From positions 25,792,001 through 25,856,000 of the forward strand of contig OX597830.1 in the NCBI GenBank assembly GCA_951406725.2: a stretch of DNA of 64,000 bases, read 5' to 3'. The translations under genes and the position numbers were made by a program. The notes under the pieces were generated by a model that worked only from the letters and a program-made list of their open reading frames with translations, made no database searches and had not been told where the DNA came from. Shown here piece by piece: positions 13,364 to 27,875 of the stretch (within the stretch, counting starts at the first letter, position 1; each line of letters starts with the position of its first letter). The DNA comes from Octopus vulgaris (Eukaryota).

Positions 13364-14232
13364 GCCTGAAGTGGATATTTTATGGGAGAATAATGTACAT
13401 GATTTTCCATGAGTTTTTCTCGGGAATATTTTTTTTCATCAGGTATCATTCTGGTTCTTAGCTGCAGACAGGCTAGATGCACACTTGCCTGGGTATTCAG
13501 AACATAAATACACGGAACAAATACCGCAAGGCATTTTCTCCCACGCTTTGATAATTCCACCAATCCACTGCTCTGGACAGGTATCTTATCGGCCATCGAG
13601 GGACAAAAGATAAGCATGACCTCAGCGGGATTTGAACAAAGAACTTAAAATGTCGAAGAAAACATCACAAAACATTCTGTTCGATGCTTCACTGATTCTG
13701 TAAATTCACTGTCATCAATGCGTGTCAGGTAAATCATTAATAGTCGATGTAGCCGTCAGTTTGCTTAACTCTCAATAAGGCGGTGAGCTAGCAGAAGCGT
13801 CAGCACGCCAGGCAAAATGGCTTGCGATAGTCTACTGGGATCGCCTTTGCCTTTAGGGTCAATTAAATAAGTACCAGTTGAGCACTAAAGTCAATGTAAT
13901 CGATTTACCACCTTTTCCGAAATTGCTGGCCTTGTGTCAAAATGTGAAACCAGTATCCGTATTTGTAGCTTTTGTATTTTTTCTTCTCAATGGCTTAGTC
14001 AGAAGAGGAAGGTCAGAGCCTCTGAAGATCTAGTAAAGTCTCAGAGATTTGATAGAAGAAACCATGGCCTATGGGTAGTTGATGTAGGAATCAAAATGTT
14101 TATATGTATTTTTTAAGGTGTTTCAGCACATGAATACATAAATGACATTCGGTGCAGAATTTTCATTCGGAGAAGAAATTTCTTCCTGTCGGCATCATAT
14201 GTAACAACACACCAAGCTCCAAACGTGTACCT

Positions 14233-14274
14233 ATCACTGAAGAGGTGAAAACACACCGTAACTCAGGGTCTGGT
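14233..14274 (+). ncRNA. Hammerhead-like motif with A13U change
   Basis: atca-CTGAAGA-GGTG-aaaaca-CACC-GTAAC-tcagg-GTC-tggt: helices I and II pair, GUC triplet present, GAAA mutated to GTAA. Confidence 0.5.
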
Positions 14275-14511
14275 TTTCTGCTGCGGGAGAGATATATTTT
14301 CCGAGACAAGATCCCGCAACTAATGCAATTGATGTTATAGAGTGCAGGGACGTGTTAAAACTGACTGGATCTATTTATTCATCTTGTTAATAGAGGAATT
14401 TGTTATGGTAAAAAGCGAAATGTTCACATATTGAAACTGCTAAATATACAGCAAAATTGAAACCGCACCAAATATATAAAGAAACCTACCTCATAGTGTG
14501 TATACGTGTGA

Positions 14512-14590
<79 letters not shown>

Positions 14591-14688
14591 ACTAAGTAAC
14601 AATGTCTGTGTATGCATTTACGTACACACGCACACGCATATTTATAAGTATATATGTCTATGTATATGTGAATGAATATATGTATGTA

Positions 14689-14730
<42 letters not shown>

Positions 14731-14912
14731 CAACGCAGATGTGTGATGTACTTAGATTTGGCTGTCGCATTTTAGAAATGCAAATATGCTGCCATTCCGG
14801 CCCCACACCTTCCGGATTAAGCAATATCAACCGCACAAACACACACACGCGCTCGCGCAAATTCAAGCATACATACATTATACACGCATATGTATGTATA
14901 TGTATACACACA

Positions 14913-14966
<54 letters not shown>

Positions 14967-14985
14967 TAGATAGATAGATAGATAT

Positions 14986-15089
<104 letters not shown>

Positions 15090-15705
15090 ATAAGTATGTA
15101 TATATGCATGTTTGTATTCAGGTTTGTACGAACGCGTTTATGCTTCGCAGACGAGAGACAAAGTAATTAATACATACTCTAGAGTATAATTATTTATAAT
15201 TACTTCATGTACACAGTTACTAATACCTCTTGTGTTTGTTATTCACGTTCACCGTGTATCTCTCTTACTCGTCTATCAATATCTAAACGATATTAAACAT
15301 TAGAAACATCGGCTTCATACAGAGAAGACAAAGGCGCCAATGGCGGAAGGACATAAGACCACATCTGTGCCAAAAGCTGTGCGATTATGTCTTAGTTGTG
15401 ATTTCATGGGTATTTAATCTCATGAAAGATGAAGTAACAGGTTATATTTATTGCTGTTACTGGCTTGGGTATATATACATATTATACATACATATATATA
15501 CATACCTGCAAGCATATATACATACATATCTATATCTAAATACACACACAAATGTGTGGATGTATTATATGCATATGTATATAACTACATATATATAAAT
15601 GTATATATATTTACATATACGTACTTACGTGAATATGTTGTCTATATATATATATATATATATATATACATACGTATTCATACATATATATTCATGCGTA
15701 CAAAC

Positions 15706-15798
<93 letters not shown>

Positions 15799-16697
15799 TA
15801 TATATGTATGTGTGCATATATATATGTATATGTGTGTATATGTGTATATATATATATACATACACATACACGGACACACACACGACACACACACACGGAC
15901 ACACACACGGACACACACACACATACACACACACACACACACACATATGTATACATATATAAGTAAATTTTTTGTGTAACACCCGCACGATTTTCGCTAC
16001 CCCGCCCCCCAAAAAAAAAACTGGGATTTTTTTGTGTGGAATCAAGTACCCTGACCTCTTAATATGCTGCAAATCGCTTATTTTGGGGGGTCGAGGGATG
16101 ACTCCCCTCGTCCCGGATTCATTGGAAGTTTTTTTTTTTCGTTGAATGAATTCCTGTGACCTCCTAATATGCTACAAAACCCATTTTGGGATCCGAAAAA
16201 CGAGTCGGGGTGAGTTGGAAGCCTCGGGAATTTTACCCACTCCCAACATTTTACAGAAATATATATTTCAGAGTGAGAAGAACACACAAGATATACTCTA
16301 TAAATTTAGGATGTTTTTGAAAGATACTATATTTTATCATCAGAATAAATATAATTTCTCACACGACAATTAAGATATATTTATAGTAAATCGCTTATTT
16401 ATTTTTTTATAAATTTCATCCAAGAATTATTGTCATCATCGCTATATTTATTCTACATTATATCAGTACAGCTCGGTGCAATCTCCAAAAACTGGTTCAC
16501 CAGTCAGCTTCATTAGACAGTGGCCGGCATAATGGTATAGGAGCTTTATTTGCATATTCGAAACATTTCCTATAAACAATTTATATATAAATATATATAT
16601 ATATATATGTAATATATAGTTGAAATTTACAGAAAAACAAAAGACGACGCCAGGTGTATAAACAATAAACAGGTGTATTAGTTTAACGCTCATATAC

Positions 16698-16778
<81 letters not shown>

Positions 16779-17677
16779 GCATATATATATATATATGCAT
16801 ATATATAACTACTAATGCATATGCATGTGTGTTCGTATAACTGTACATGCGTGCGTACGGCGACCTTTGGTACTGTTCCTGCAAACTAAATTTCGTTCAG
16901 AATGCATATATGTACCTAAGAGTATATGAATAAAAGGAGAATTTTCTTTAAGATGTCGCGTATGGGATCGAACTTAAATCTGTATGCCTGTAAAATCAAC
17001 ATTTTCTTAACCACACAGCAAAGCCTTCATATTCTTCTACCATAAAATTTTGCAAAAGAGAAGGAAAAGAAAAACGGTAAAGAAAAAGAACGTTTATGAA
17101 ACTTTTGGCATAACACGTGATTGATCGTTCCAGACATGCTTCTGAATTGAACCCATTGTTAGTTTATAGAGAATTTAAAATAAAATAGATATTCACTGGT
17201 CATTTTTTTCCTGTTGTACCTAATTTTAAAATGACTTCGATCAATAAGCTATATCATTTTGATATCAATACCAAAATTATTAACGACTCGAGAGCTGCAT
17301 TGCAAATATATTTACTTAACGAACTAATCGATATTTCCGATCAAAACAATCTGTAAAACTCATTAATATTCAGGTATTTTTGGATCCGCAATCAAATTAA
17401 TTCTGCTGGGATTGCAAACATAATAAGATTGTTAGTTGCCGCATTGTTATTTGATGTTAAGACAATTTAATATCAATCGATGGTGTTAAATAATTAATGC
17501 CGTCATAGATATATATCTAGTGACGTCATAGGTAGATAACTTGTGACGTCATAGATAAACGGCTGGTGACGTTAGCGCTGAATATTTTGGTCAGTTGGTT
17601 TATACATATATACATACACACACATACATACATACATACATAATACATACATACATACATACATACATACATACATA

Positions 17678-18067
17678 GGGACAGAGAAGGGAAACTGTGC
17701 ATAGTCGTGGAAATCAGCTGCCCAGCTGATATTAACATAAAGCTGAAGATCAGTGAAAAAGAGAACACCTATGCTGAACTATTGAGAAATCTGCAGTTAC
17801 TCAATCCAAATTAGAAGTTCATGTTTATACCTGTAATTATTGGGGCCCTAGGATATGTAAAACACTGCTAAAACACCAATCTTGAGAAATTAGGCTTCTC
17901 AAATCCAGAAAGGAGAAGGTTAATTCGAAGGCTACAGATCCAATCCATCACTGGAACTGTAAAAATCTGAAAAACTGTCCAGAAGTTTATCATTTAAATA
18001 TATATGAGCATGTCTAGATATGCAACTATATGCATGAGAATACATACATAAAACATACAAATATGAA
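17678..18067 (+). mobile_element. 5'-truncated RLE-type LINE (second family) within (CATA)n
   Basis: DREGKLCIVVEISCPADINIKLKISEKENTYAELL...FIPVIIGALG is an RLE C-terminus (E...K..Y..L, P.IIGALG); stops present; (CATA)n on both sides. Confidence 0.8.
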
Positions 18068-18432
18068 CATACATATATACATACATACATACATACATAC
18101 ATACATACATACATACATACATACAAAAATACCATGTTATTGATGTTGAAATTCCAATCAAGGAACGTAGAAATCCTGAACTAAAGTGAATAATGACTTA
18201 CATACATCCATGTGATTTAAATTTCTTTTCTCCATGCATGTGGTGTAACTATATAACTGTATAGATGCCATAATTTGACTAGATAACAGCTGTTTGCCTG
18301 TTTATACTTTAATCTATTACACACACACACGCACACACACACACACACACATACACACATAAAAACACACACACGCATGCACACACACATACACATATAC
18401 ACATTAATGTTGATACATATATATCATGTAAT

Positions 18433-18650
18433 GCGGCGAGCTGGCAGAAAGGTTAGCACACCGGCCGAAATACTTAGCGGTATTTCGTCTGTCTTTACGT
18501 TCTCCGTTCAAATTCCGCCGAGGTCGACTTTGCGTTTCATCCTTTTGGGGGTCGATAAATTAAGTACCAGTTGCGTACTGGGGTCGATATAATCCACTGG
18601 CCACCTGCTCCAAAATTTCGGGCCTTGTGCCTAGAGTATAAAAGGATATA
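18433..18650 (+). mobile_element. tRNA-derived SINE family B
   Basis: GCGGCGAGCTGGCAGAA head, GTTCAAATTCC B-box, TTTCATCCTTTTGGGGTCGATAAATTAAGTACCAG core resembling (from memory) a Deu/Nin-type conserved SINE domain; other copies near 13780, 28420-28800, 30110-30490, 48450, 49810-50015. Confidence 0.8.
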
Positions 18651-19114
18651 TATACCAAGTTATATATCAAGACAGTTTGATATTAAACTGAAGAATCACA
18701 ATACTTTTTACTAGAGTACATGTTTATTAAACTTTTACAAGAGGGGTGATAGTAACCGCGAAGGTTCGACCTCAAGTCAAAGTCACTCGTTTTCTTGTTT
18801 TATATATATATATATTAATAATAACTAGGGAATATAAATTCCAAGCCAACAGGGAAAAAATTCAATTTAGCACACTATATCAAAAATTCACAATATATAT
18901 TTTTAAATTGAATTAATATTAACTTTTAATATCATCGATTTATATATATATATATATAGTTATGAAACGCGCGTAGTCGATTTAATGTTAGATCTGTTTT
19001 GTGATTTTTAGATTAATTATTATAATATACTTAATTAATTTCTACGTGGGTATTATAGATAATATCTTTTCAGTATTGATTGAATAACTAAATAGCGGTT
19101 TGTCTCTAAATTAT

Positions 19115-19520
<406 letters not shown>

Positions 19521-19690
19521 TATGTATGTATATTTTTCTTTGCATCTAGTTTCAGCTCACAAGCTGTTGCATCTAGTTCAGCAAAATTTAGATTCAAATG
19601 AATATGGTACTTAAGTTAGATGCACCAGAATTATGTATGGTGTTATCCATATAAATCCATGGCGTGATTATAATCTTGTTGCTTATTTTG

Positions 19691-19773
<83 letters not shown>

Positions 19774-20339
19774 TATTTATATAGCATCATCTAATAGTCA
19801 TGATAGCCATTTACAAATACACATTTTATTTTCTGACAGACCTATGATATGTAACATAAAGGCAGCGAGGTGGATGAATCGTTAGATCGACGGGAACAAC
19901 GCTTAGCGGCATTTTGTCTGTATTTGCTTTCTAAGTGGTTTTCTTTTTCCTGTTTTTTATTGTTCGTTTCGAGTAAATTTACGATCGCACAATATCCCAA
20001 TAGTGGCTTTCTCATTGTTTTTACTTTCCCTTCTTTATTACAGACGATGTATCCACGACAATTATAGAAATTGAGTTTTCCATTACTTATTTTATAAAGA
20101 CGATAGTGTATGGTGTGTGGTGAGGGATTTCATTGATTTATCTAGCAAAGCGAGCTAACATGCTCTTTCAGTCGGCCTTGTGTAATAGAAGAGGGTTAAC
20201 GTCCGTTTCATTGTTTTTTTACTACTTTTCTGCTACCCTAATGTATCATTTTGAAGAATAGTACACTATACATTGCACGTGAATAGTAGTCTAGAAAAAC
20301 AATACACATATATATATATACAATTATATGTTCGATACA

Positions 20340-20375
<36 letters not shown>

Positions 20376-20514
20376 TATGTGTGTGTGTGTGTGTATATAT
20401 TTTTTCGTTTTCTGAAAAAGCAACCCTTGCATATCATAATATCAATGATATATGTGTGTGTGTGTGTGTGTGCATGTGTATGTGTATGTGTATGTGTGTG
20501 TCTATGTGTCTCTT

Positions 20515-20940
<426 letters not shown>

Positions 20941-20942
20941 CC

Positions 20943-21014
<72 letters not shown>

Positions 21015-21042
21015 CCTACCTATCTACATATCTATCTATCTG

Positions 21043-21172
<130 letters not shown>

Positions 21173-21993
21173 GTATATGATACGTGAAAAAATGTATTGT
21201 AAATAAACAACTACAGATAATAAAAAAACGTATACGCATACTGAGGGAACAACCGGACGGGAGACAGACACAGAGGGTCCCTACTTCTTCATCAGTTATC
21301 AAGCAACGTTGTAACACCCAGCTTCGCACCATCAATGATAAAACTGAGAACCTCTCATGTTAGTGGTGCCTGCGAAGGTTGCTGTGAATATCGGGTCTCA
21401 AGCAAACAAAACAACACAGAGTGGACATACGAACATGAAAAAATGTAATTTAAGACGATGGACAAAGACGCAATGAATAGGAAAAGGTCAGAATACGGCC
21501 TTAGAGCCCAAAAGACAAGATTGGTGGGTAATACTTAGAAATCCCACAGGATATGGAAATAGCAAGAAGTGAAATTTTTTGCAGAGCGGCCGGTACGAAA
21601 AACAGAGAGAAAGAAAGAAAGCTGGCCACAGGTCACGTGTCAGCATCAGGTAGAGGAGAAAGGAAGAGAGAACGACAGAGAGAAAAAAAGGGGAAAAGTG
21701 GACTGGCTAGAAATAGAAGTAAGAGGTCGAGAGAAAAGGAGAAAGAGTGAAGGCAAGAGTAGAGTCGTGGCTGTGTGGTAAGTAGCTTGCTTACCAACTA
21801 GATGGTTCCGGGTTCAGCACCACTGCGTGGCATCTTGGGCAAGTGTCTTCTACTATAGCCTCGGGCCGACCAGAGCTTTGTGAGTGGGTTTGGTAGACGG
21901 AAACTGAAAGAAGCCCGTCGTGTATATATATTACTGCATACATATATATATATTTAGTATATATATATAATATAATTCATTTATCCATTTCAT

Positions 21994-22056
<63 letters not shown>

Positions 22057-22805
22057 TGCATACATACGAGGCTTTAAGGGTCATAAAAAACGATTTCAAT
22101 AAAAAATAAAGGGAAATTAAGAGAATAAAATATACACAAACTAGACGTATCACACAGCACAAGTGCAGCCTGCAACATATATATCCACACAAACTCGTCT
22201 CCTTGTAAAACACTAAGCTAAAATGCTATAAAAAATAGTTCTCTCCACTTAAAAAACAAAAAAGAAATATTTAGTCAATTACTCAGGTCTTGTAAAATAT
22301 ATGAAGCTTTTATAGCTGTCAAGCCAACTTTTCTACATTTTATTGCCTCTAAACAGAAAGGAGTCCCCACGCTATGCCCGAAGAGCCCTGCTGGACTTTA
22401 TCTGTATTCATTAACGGTTGTTTAGTTGTTGCCGTTTTTTTCTTTTTTTTCATTTGGTTTCCTTCTACCGGAAGCTCTGAAACGGAATTTTTATTTATTC
22501 ATTTTTGAAATTGTTTAAAATTTTTTTTTATTGCTGTTGATGGTTTCTGATTGACTTAGCTTTCAAATGTCCGCAAGTTGTATGTAGGTATGTTTATGTG
22601 TGCATATGTGTGCGTGTGTCTATGCTTGTGTATGTGTTTGCGTGTGTACTTGTGTATGTGCTTATATTATACATGTAAGAAAATATGTATATATACGTGT
22701 GTATATATATATATATACATGTGTGTGTGTATATATATATATATATATACGCACATACAGATACGTGTATATGTATTTATATACATATGTATATATATGG
22801 ATATT

Positions 22806-22887
<82 letters not shown>

Positions 22888-23137
22888 GAGAAACACGCGC
22901 GCACAAACACACACATACATACACACACATATATATATGGGTATGTATATATGCATTTATGTACATATGTGGATATGCATATATATCTATAAGAAGTATA
23001 TCCCCCCAGTTATATATTTACACACACGCACGATCTTCTACGTATGCAACTGCGCACATACATGTATATATACACACATACGCATATATATTTATGTGTA
23101 CATGCATGAATGTATATATAATTCTATAATGGAGAAA

Positions 23138-23186
<49 letters not shown>

Positions 23187-23230
23187 TGAAAGTGAGAGAC
23201 GATTATGGTGATGATGATGATAATGTTGGG

Positions 23231-23312
23231 GATGACGTCTTCCACTTCTGGACTGAATTTAGCCAATCAAGTTAACTTCCGTCTCTGACGTCAGTAACTG
23301 CACGCTTTTATA
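23231..23312. promoter_or_regulatory. Candidate cis-regulatory cluster (CCAAT/NF-Y, ETS, CRE)
   Basis: GATGACGTCT 23231, AGCCAATCA 23261, ACTTCCG 23275, TGACGTCA 23286 in a short unique island. Confidence 0.35.
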
Positions 23313-23594
23313 TTTCTCGTTATATTTTCTTTTAATTTATATTATTTCTAATTGTTGTCTCTTCCAATTGTTAAACTATAATGTTTACAATGGGGACGTC
23401 ATATCGTTAAGTTCATGCCACTCTACTATATCACTTCTTTCCTTGTTTGTTTGTTTGTTTCGTTGTTTCTCTTTCTCTATTTCTTTCTTTATTTCTTTCT
23501 TTCTTTCTTATTTATTTTCTTTGTTTCCTTCTTACCTATTTTCCCCCTTTTCTTTCTTTTTTCGTTTTGCCACATATGTATCTTTCCTCTTTAC

Positions 23595-23639
<45 letters not shown>

Positions 23640-23678
23640 GTTTGCTAGCTACATACATACATGTATATAATATTTATA

Positions 23679-23730
<52 letters not shown>

Positions 23731-23937
23731 TGATATATATTTATATATATAATCATATCTATCATGATATACATATATATGTGTATACACATATATACTT
23801 TCATGCATACACATATATATATATCTATCTATATATATATATACATATATCTTTTGGCATGTGTATATGCATGCATATATTTATACATATATACATACAC
23901 ACATATATATACATACATATATATAATGAAAAACCTA

Positions 23938-24006
<69 letters not shown>

Positions 24007-24240
24007 CAAATACATGCATATATATATATATGTTTTTTTCTCCACAATTATATTGCTTGTCGTTTTTACTTCATACTTCCACTCCTCACACTATCCTACT
24101 ACCCCCTCCCCCCGTATTCACACCAGATGCTTCCCGTGGCTTCAATTCATCCTCAACTTTCACTGATTTATTGCAGCTGTTGTTTTATTTTATGTTGTCT
24201 CTGTTGAATGTTGTTATAGTTTCCGCTTCTCTATATAGAA

Positions 24241-24302
<62 letters not shown>

Positions 24303-24413
24303 TATATATAGTATTAAAATATGACTCATTATTTTGCTTCTCTCTGTGTCATTCTATATCTAACTCTTCCCTAATTACTTTCACTCTGCTCTCACTCTTT
24401 TTTTATCTCATAC

Positions 24414-24473
<60 letters not shown>

Positions 24474-24988
24474 TGTTTAGTATATAAGAATGTATTACAA
24501 ACACAGTCAATGTATTATATATTATTTAACATAAGATCTTGTAAAGATATTTTGTTGTTATTTTGTTCTCTATCAGGTTGATCAAATAAACCTTTGATGC
24601 AAGTCCTTGTAGCTGTGACCATCCCGTCTTGTTTTTTTTCGGTTAGGTTAAGCCAGGGTCGCATTATAAACGTGACTTTCTTTTCTAAGATAATCAGATG
24701 AGATTTGTAGGAAATTTCGCTTCTTTTTCACGCAGTTGGACGAACTGCATAGCAGCTGTCTTGCAGGACCGTTTATTGTAGGTTGTAGCATAATGGTGTA
24801 TGGCGTGTGTTCATATCCGATAAAATAGGCTCAGGCATAGCTGTGTTGTTAAGAAGCCAGCATTGCTGTCGTGAGCTTCTGAGTTCAGTCCTACTGCACG
24901 CCCCCTTGGGCAAGTGTCATCTACTGCGATCCCTGGCCAACCAATGCATTGATTGAATTTGTTTCACGGAAACTGAAAGAAGCACGTC

Positions 24989-25022
<34 letters not shown>

Positions 25023-25094
25023 CAAGTGTCTTCTACTATAGCCGCGAGCCGACCAAAGTCTTCTGATATAGAAGACGGAAACTAAAGAAGCACG

Positions 25095-25144
<50 letters not shown>

Positions 25145-25222
25145 GTATGTTTTGTATGTATGTATGGACCGCTGAACTCTACAAGGTTTTTCATTCTCGC
25201 TCTGTTTATTCTCCCTTATTCC

Positions 25223-25256
25223 TTTCTGTTGAAGATCGTAGGCTCGAAACGTAAAA
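25223..25256 (+). ncRNA. Minimal hammerhead-like motif (CUGUUGA core) in a PLE terminus
   Basis: ttt-CTGTTGA-A-GATC-gtag-GCTC-GAAA-CG-TA-aaa; downstream sequence matches the PLE end at 5597-5700 and runs into (TA)n. Confidence 0.55.
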
Positions 25257-25350
25257 TACCTTTTCATTTTTCCCGATCGTCAAATTAATACACTTGCTTG
25301 ATGTTCATACACCTGCCTTCGTCTTTTGTTTTTCTATAAATTTCAACTAC

Positions 25351-25429
<79 letters not shown>

Positions 25430-25557
25430 AAGAAATTCTCGTATATTCCATCTTCCGTTTGTCCCACCCATAAAGGATCGATGCTGGTTGTGTCAAAACA
25501 ATTGTCTTGATGGAATATACAATTCTTGTATATTCCATCTTTCGTCTTTCATCTACC

Positions 25558-25590
<33 letters not shown>

Positions 25591-25592
25591 TA

Positions 25593-25889
25593 CTAGCAAC
25601 GCAACCCGGCGTTACTCGGTTTTTATGACCTACAGTCACATTGTATTATTTGTTCCTTTCTTATGGGCCGAATCGGCGCGCTAGGAGTATAATGCAAACA
25701 ACTCTGCTTTATAAACATGTTTTTCAGTCATTTTCTGATGAACAGTTTCTGTCTACCAAGTTCAGTCATAAATCTGTGGTTGGCCAAGGGCTATAGTAGA
25801 AAGCACTTGCCCAAGGTACCATGCATAGGGACTGAACGTGGAACCATGTGGTTGAGAAGCAAACGTCTCAACTACACTGCATCTAATAC

Positions 25890-25931
<42 letters not shown>

Positions 25932-26505
25932 ATTTGTTGTTAAATCGAGTATTGTGTCGCACCATGTCTCAAAGGTATCAGTTCATCAAGTAGAGGTTAA
26001 TAAAATAATGAGTACTGAGGTCAGTATGAGCAATTAAATTTCTGAGGGTGATACACCATCATGGTGACAGCCGAAAGACTAAACCCAATAAAATCTTTAA
26101 AGATTTAATGGCTTCAAATTTAAGGTAATGGATTACTAACCTCAAGATAATGAGTTCAAAACTTCGTATTGAAGTTTCACTTTATACGATTACACTATAT
26201 GTACATCTCAGTCTACTTGACTTCCAACAATTAACAAAGTTGAAAGGTTAGCAGCAAGAAAAATATTGTTGTTCAAGCAGAGTTGCCTCCCTTAGCTAAA
26301 GACTTCAAAATTGTACGACATAACCTCGTTTTCGAGACTAGTTTTGCAATAAAAAGGAGTTGTGCACAAAAACATACTTTATTTGGTACCCGAAAGATTA
26401 CTGAATCTTTAGATACCCCATACGTCAAAATCGGCAACTCAATTTTCGAATCCATAAGGAACATACGGACGCACCCCACTACGAACTCAGTTTTATATAT
26501 TAAGA

Positions 26506-26506
<1 letters not shown>
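25593..26506 (-). mobile_element. Helitron-like termini on the minus strand, interrupted by SINEs
   Basis: Minus 3' end CCGAGTAACGCCGGG...CTAG-T at 25593-25619; minus 5'-like A-TCTTAATATATAAAA at 26506; whether both ends belong to one element is uncertain. Confidence 0.45.
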
Positions 26507-26559
<53 letters not shown>

Positions 26560-27579
26560 CACGCGCGCCTCCCTGTGCTTGTTTGTCCCCTCACTGCTTG
26601 TCAGCCAGTGTTATTTTTTTTTACGTCTCAGCAGTTTAGCAGTTTGGCAAAAGTGAATTCAGAGTAAGCACTCAACTTAAAATAAACGTCCTGTGTTAGA
26701 CATTTTTCGACTAAACTCTTCAAAGCAGTACCCCAGCATGACCACAGTCCAGTGACCGAAACAAGTAAAGGCACCGTTGGAGTGGTGTTGTATGGCATTG
26801 TGCAGAGTAGTGTTGTGTGATGCAGTGTGATGTGGTTTGGCGCATTGTTATGAGATTGAGTCACAGAATAGAAACTTTGTATGGTGAGCCTTGCAATGTG
26901 GATATGCGTTGAGCAATAATAGAATAAGGATGTAATGAAATGTATCATTGCATAATGTACTTAGTATGGTGTAGTACAATCTTCAGTGGTCAGTGTAGAG
27001 TATAGAGATGCAGCGTTGTATAATGTGAGTTGGTGTTGTGGTTTTCATGTCCTCGAATAGGTCTGGTGAAATTCAGGTCGTCAGCTGAAAGACGCGACGT
27101 AACCTAAGAGATTCGTTTCCACAATTAAGCTATGCTTCATTCAAGTTGAAGATTATATTACTGAAACAAGTAAAAGAGTAAAAGAGTATTTGCAAAGTTA
27201 TTTGACTTTCCGCCCGGAGAGGATACCTGTGTTTTCGTTATTAGAATGTACAGAGTTGGCGAATAAATATCTCATCTAGCCAGATGGTTTCATTCTCCAA
27301 CGTCACCACAATTGTTATGAGAATCAAACCCCGCCATCACCACCGACATTATGAGAATGTCCCACCCTCCATCCCCATGTCATCACTATTACGAAAACCA
27401 ACAGCCACTACTGTCATCATCCCCCTTAGGAGATTCCTCTCCCGCCGCCGCTTCCAACTCTGTTATGAGATTCCTTCCCAGCCTTCACCACAGCAATTAT
27501 AATAACCATCTCCCACCGCTACTGCCTCTATGATGAAGTCAATCTCCGCTTATTACTATTATGAGATGCATGCCCCGAC

Positions 27580-27875
27580 CCCACCACCACCATCACCACC
27601 ATCACCACCACCGCCACTATTATGCTGTTAATCCCTCACCACCACCACCACCACAACCACCACCACCAAAACCACCATCAAAACCACCACCACCACCACC
27701 ACCACCAAAATCACCACCGCCACCACCACCACCACCACCACCAAAACCACCACCAAAACCACCACCACCACCAAAACCACCACCAAAACCACCACCACCA
27801 CCACCACCACCACCACCACCACCACAACCACCACCACCACCACCACCACCACCATCACCACCACCACCACCACTA
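27580..27875. repeat. (CCA)n trinucleotide repeat
   Basis: Long CCA array with AAA/CAA/TCA variants; source of the poly-Pro/His/Gly/Val pseudo-ORFs. Confidence 0.9.

Noticed and set aside
21230-21760. Additional PLE end with hammerhead (CTGATGA on minus near 21290; also near 574, 10095 and 46909)
   Set aside because: Second half of the core or the helices is missing or too degraded to support a call.
22357-22420. Possible host exon after an acceptor-like tract
   Set aside because: No convincing donor site and no recognisable peptide.
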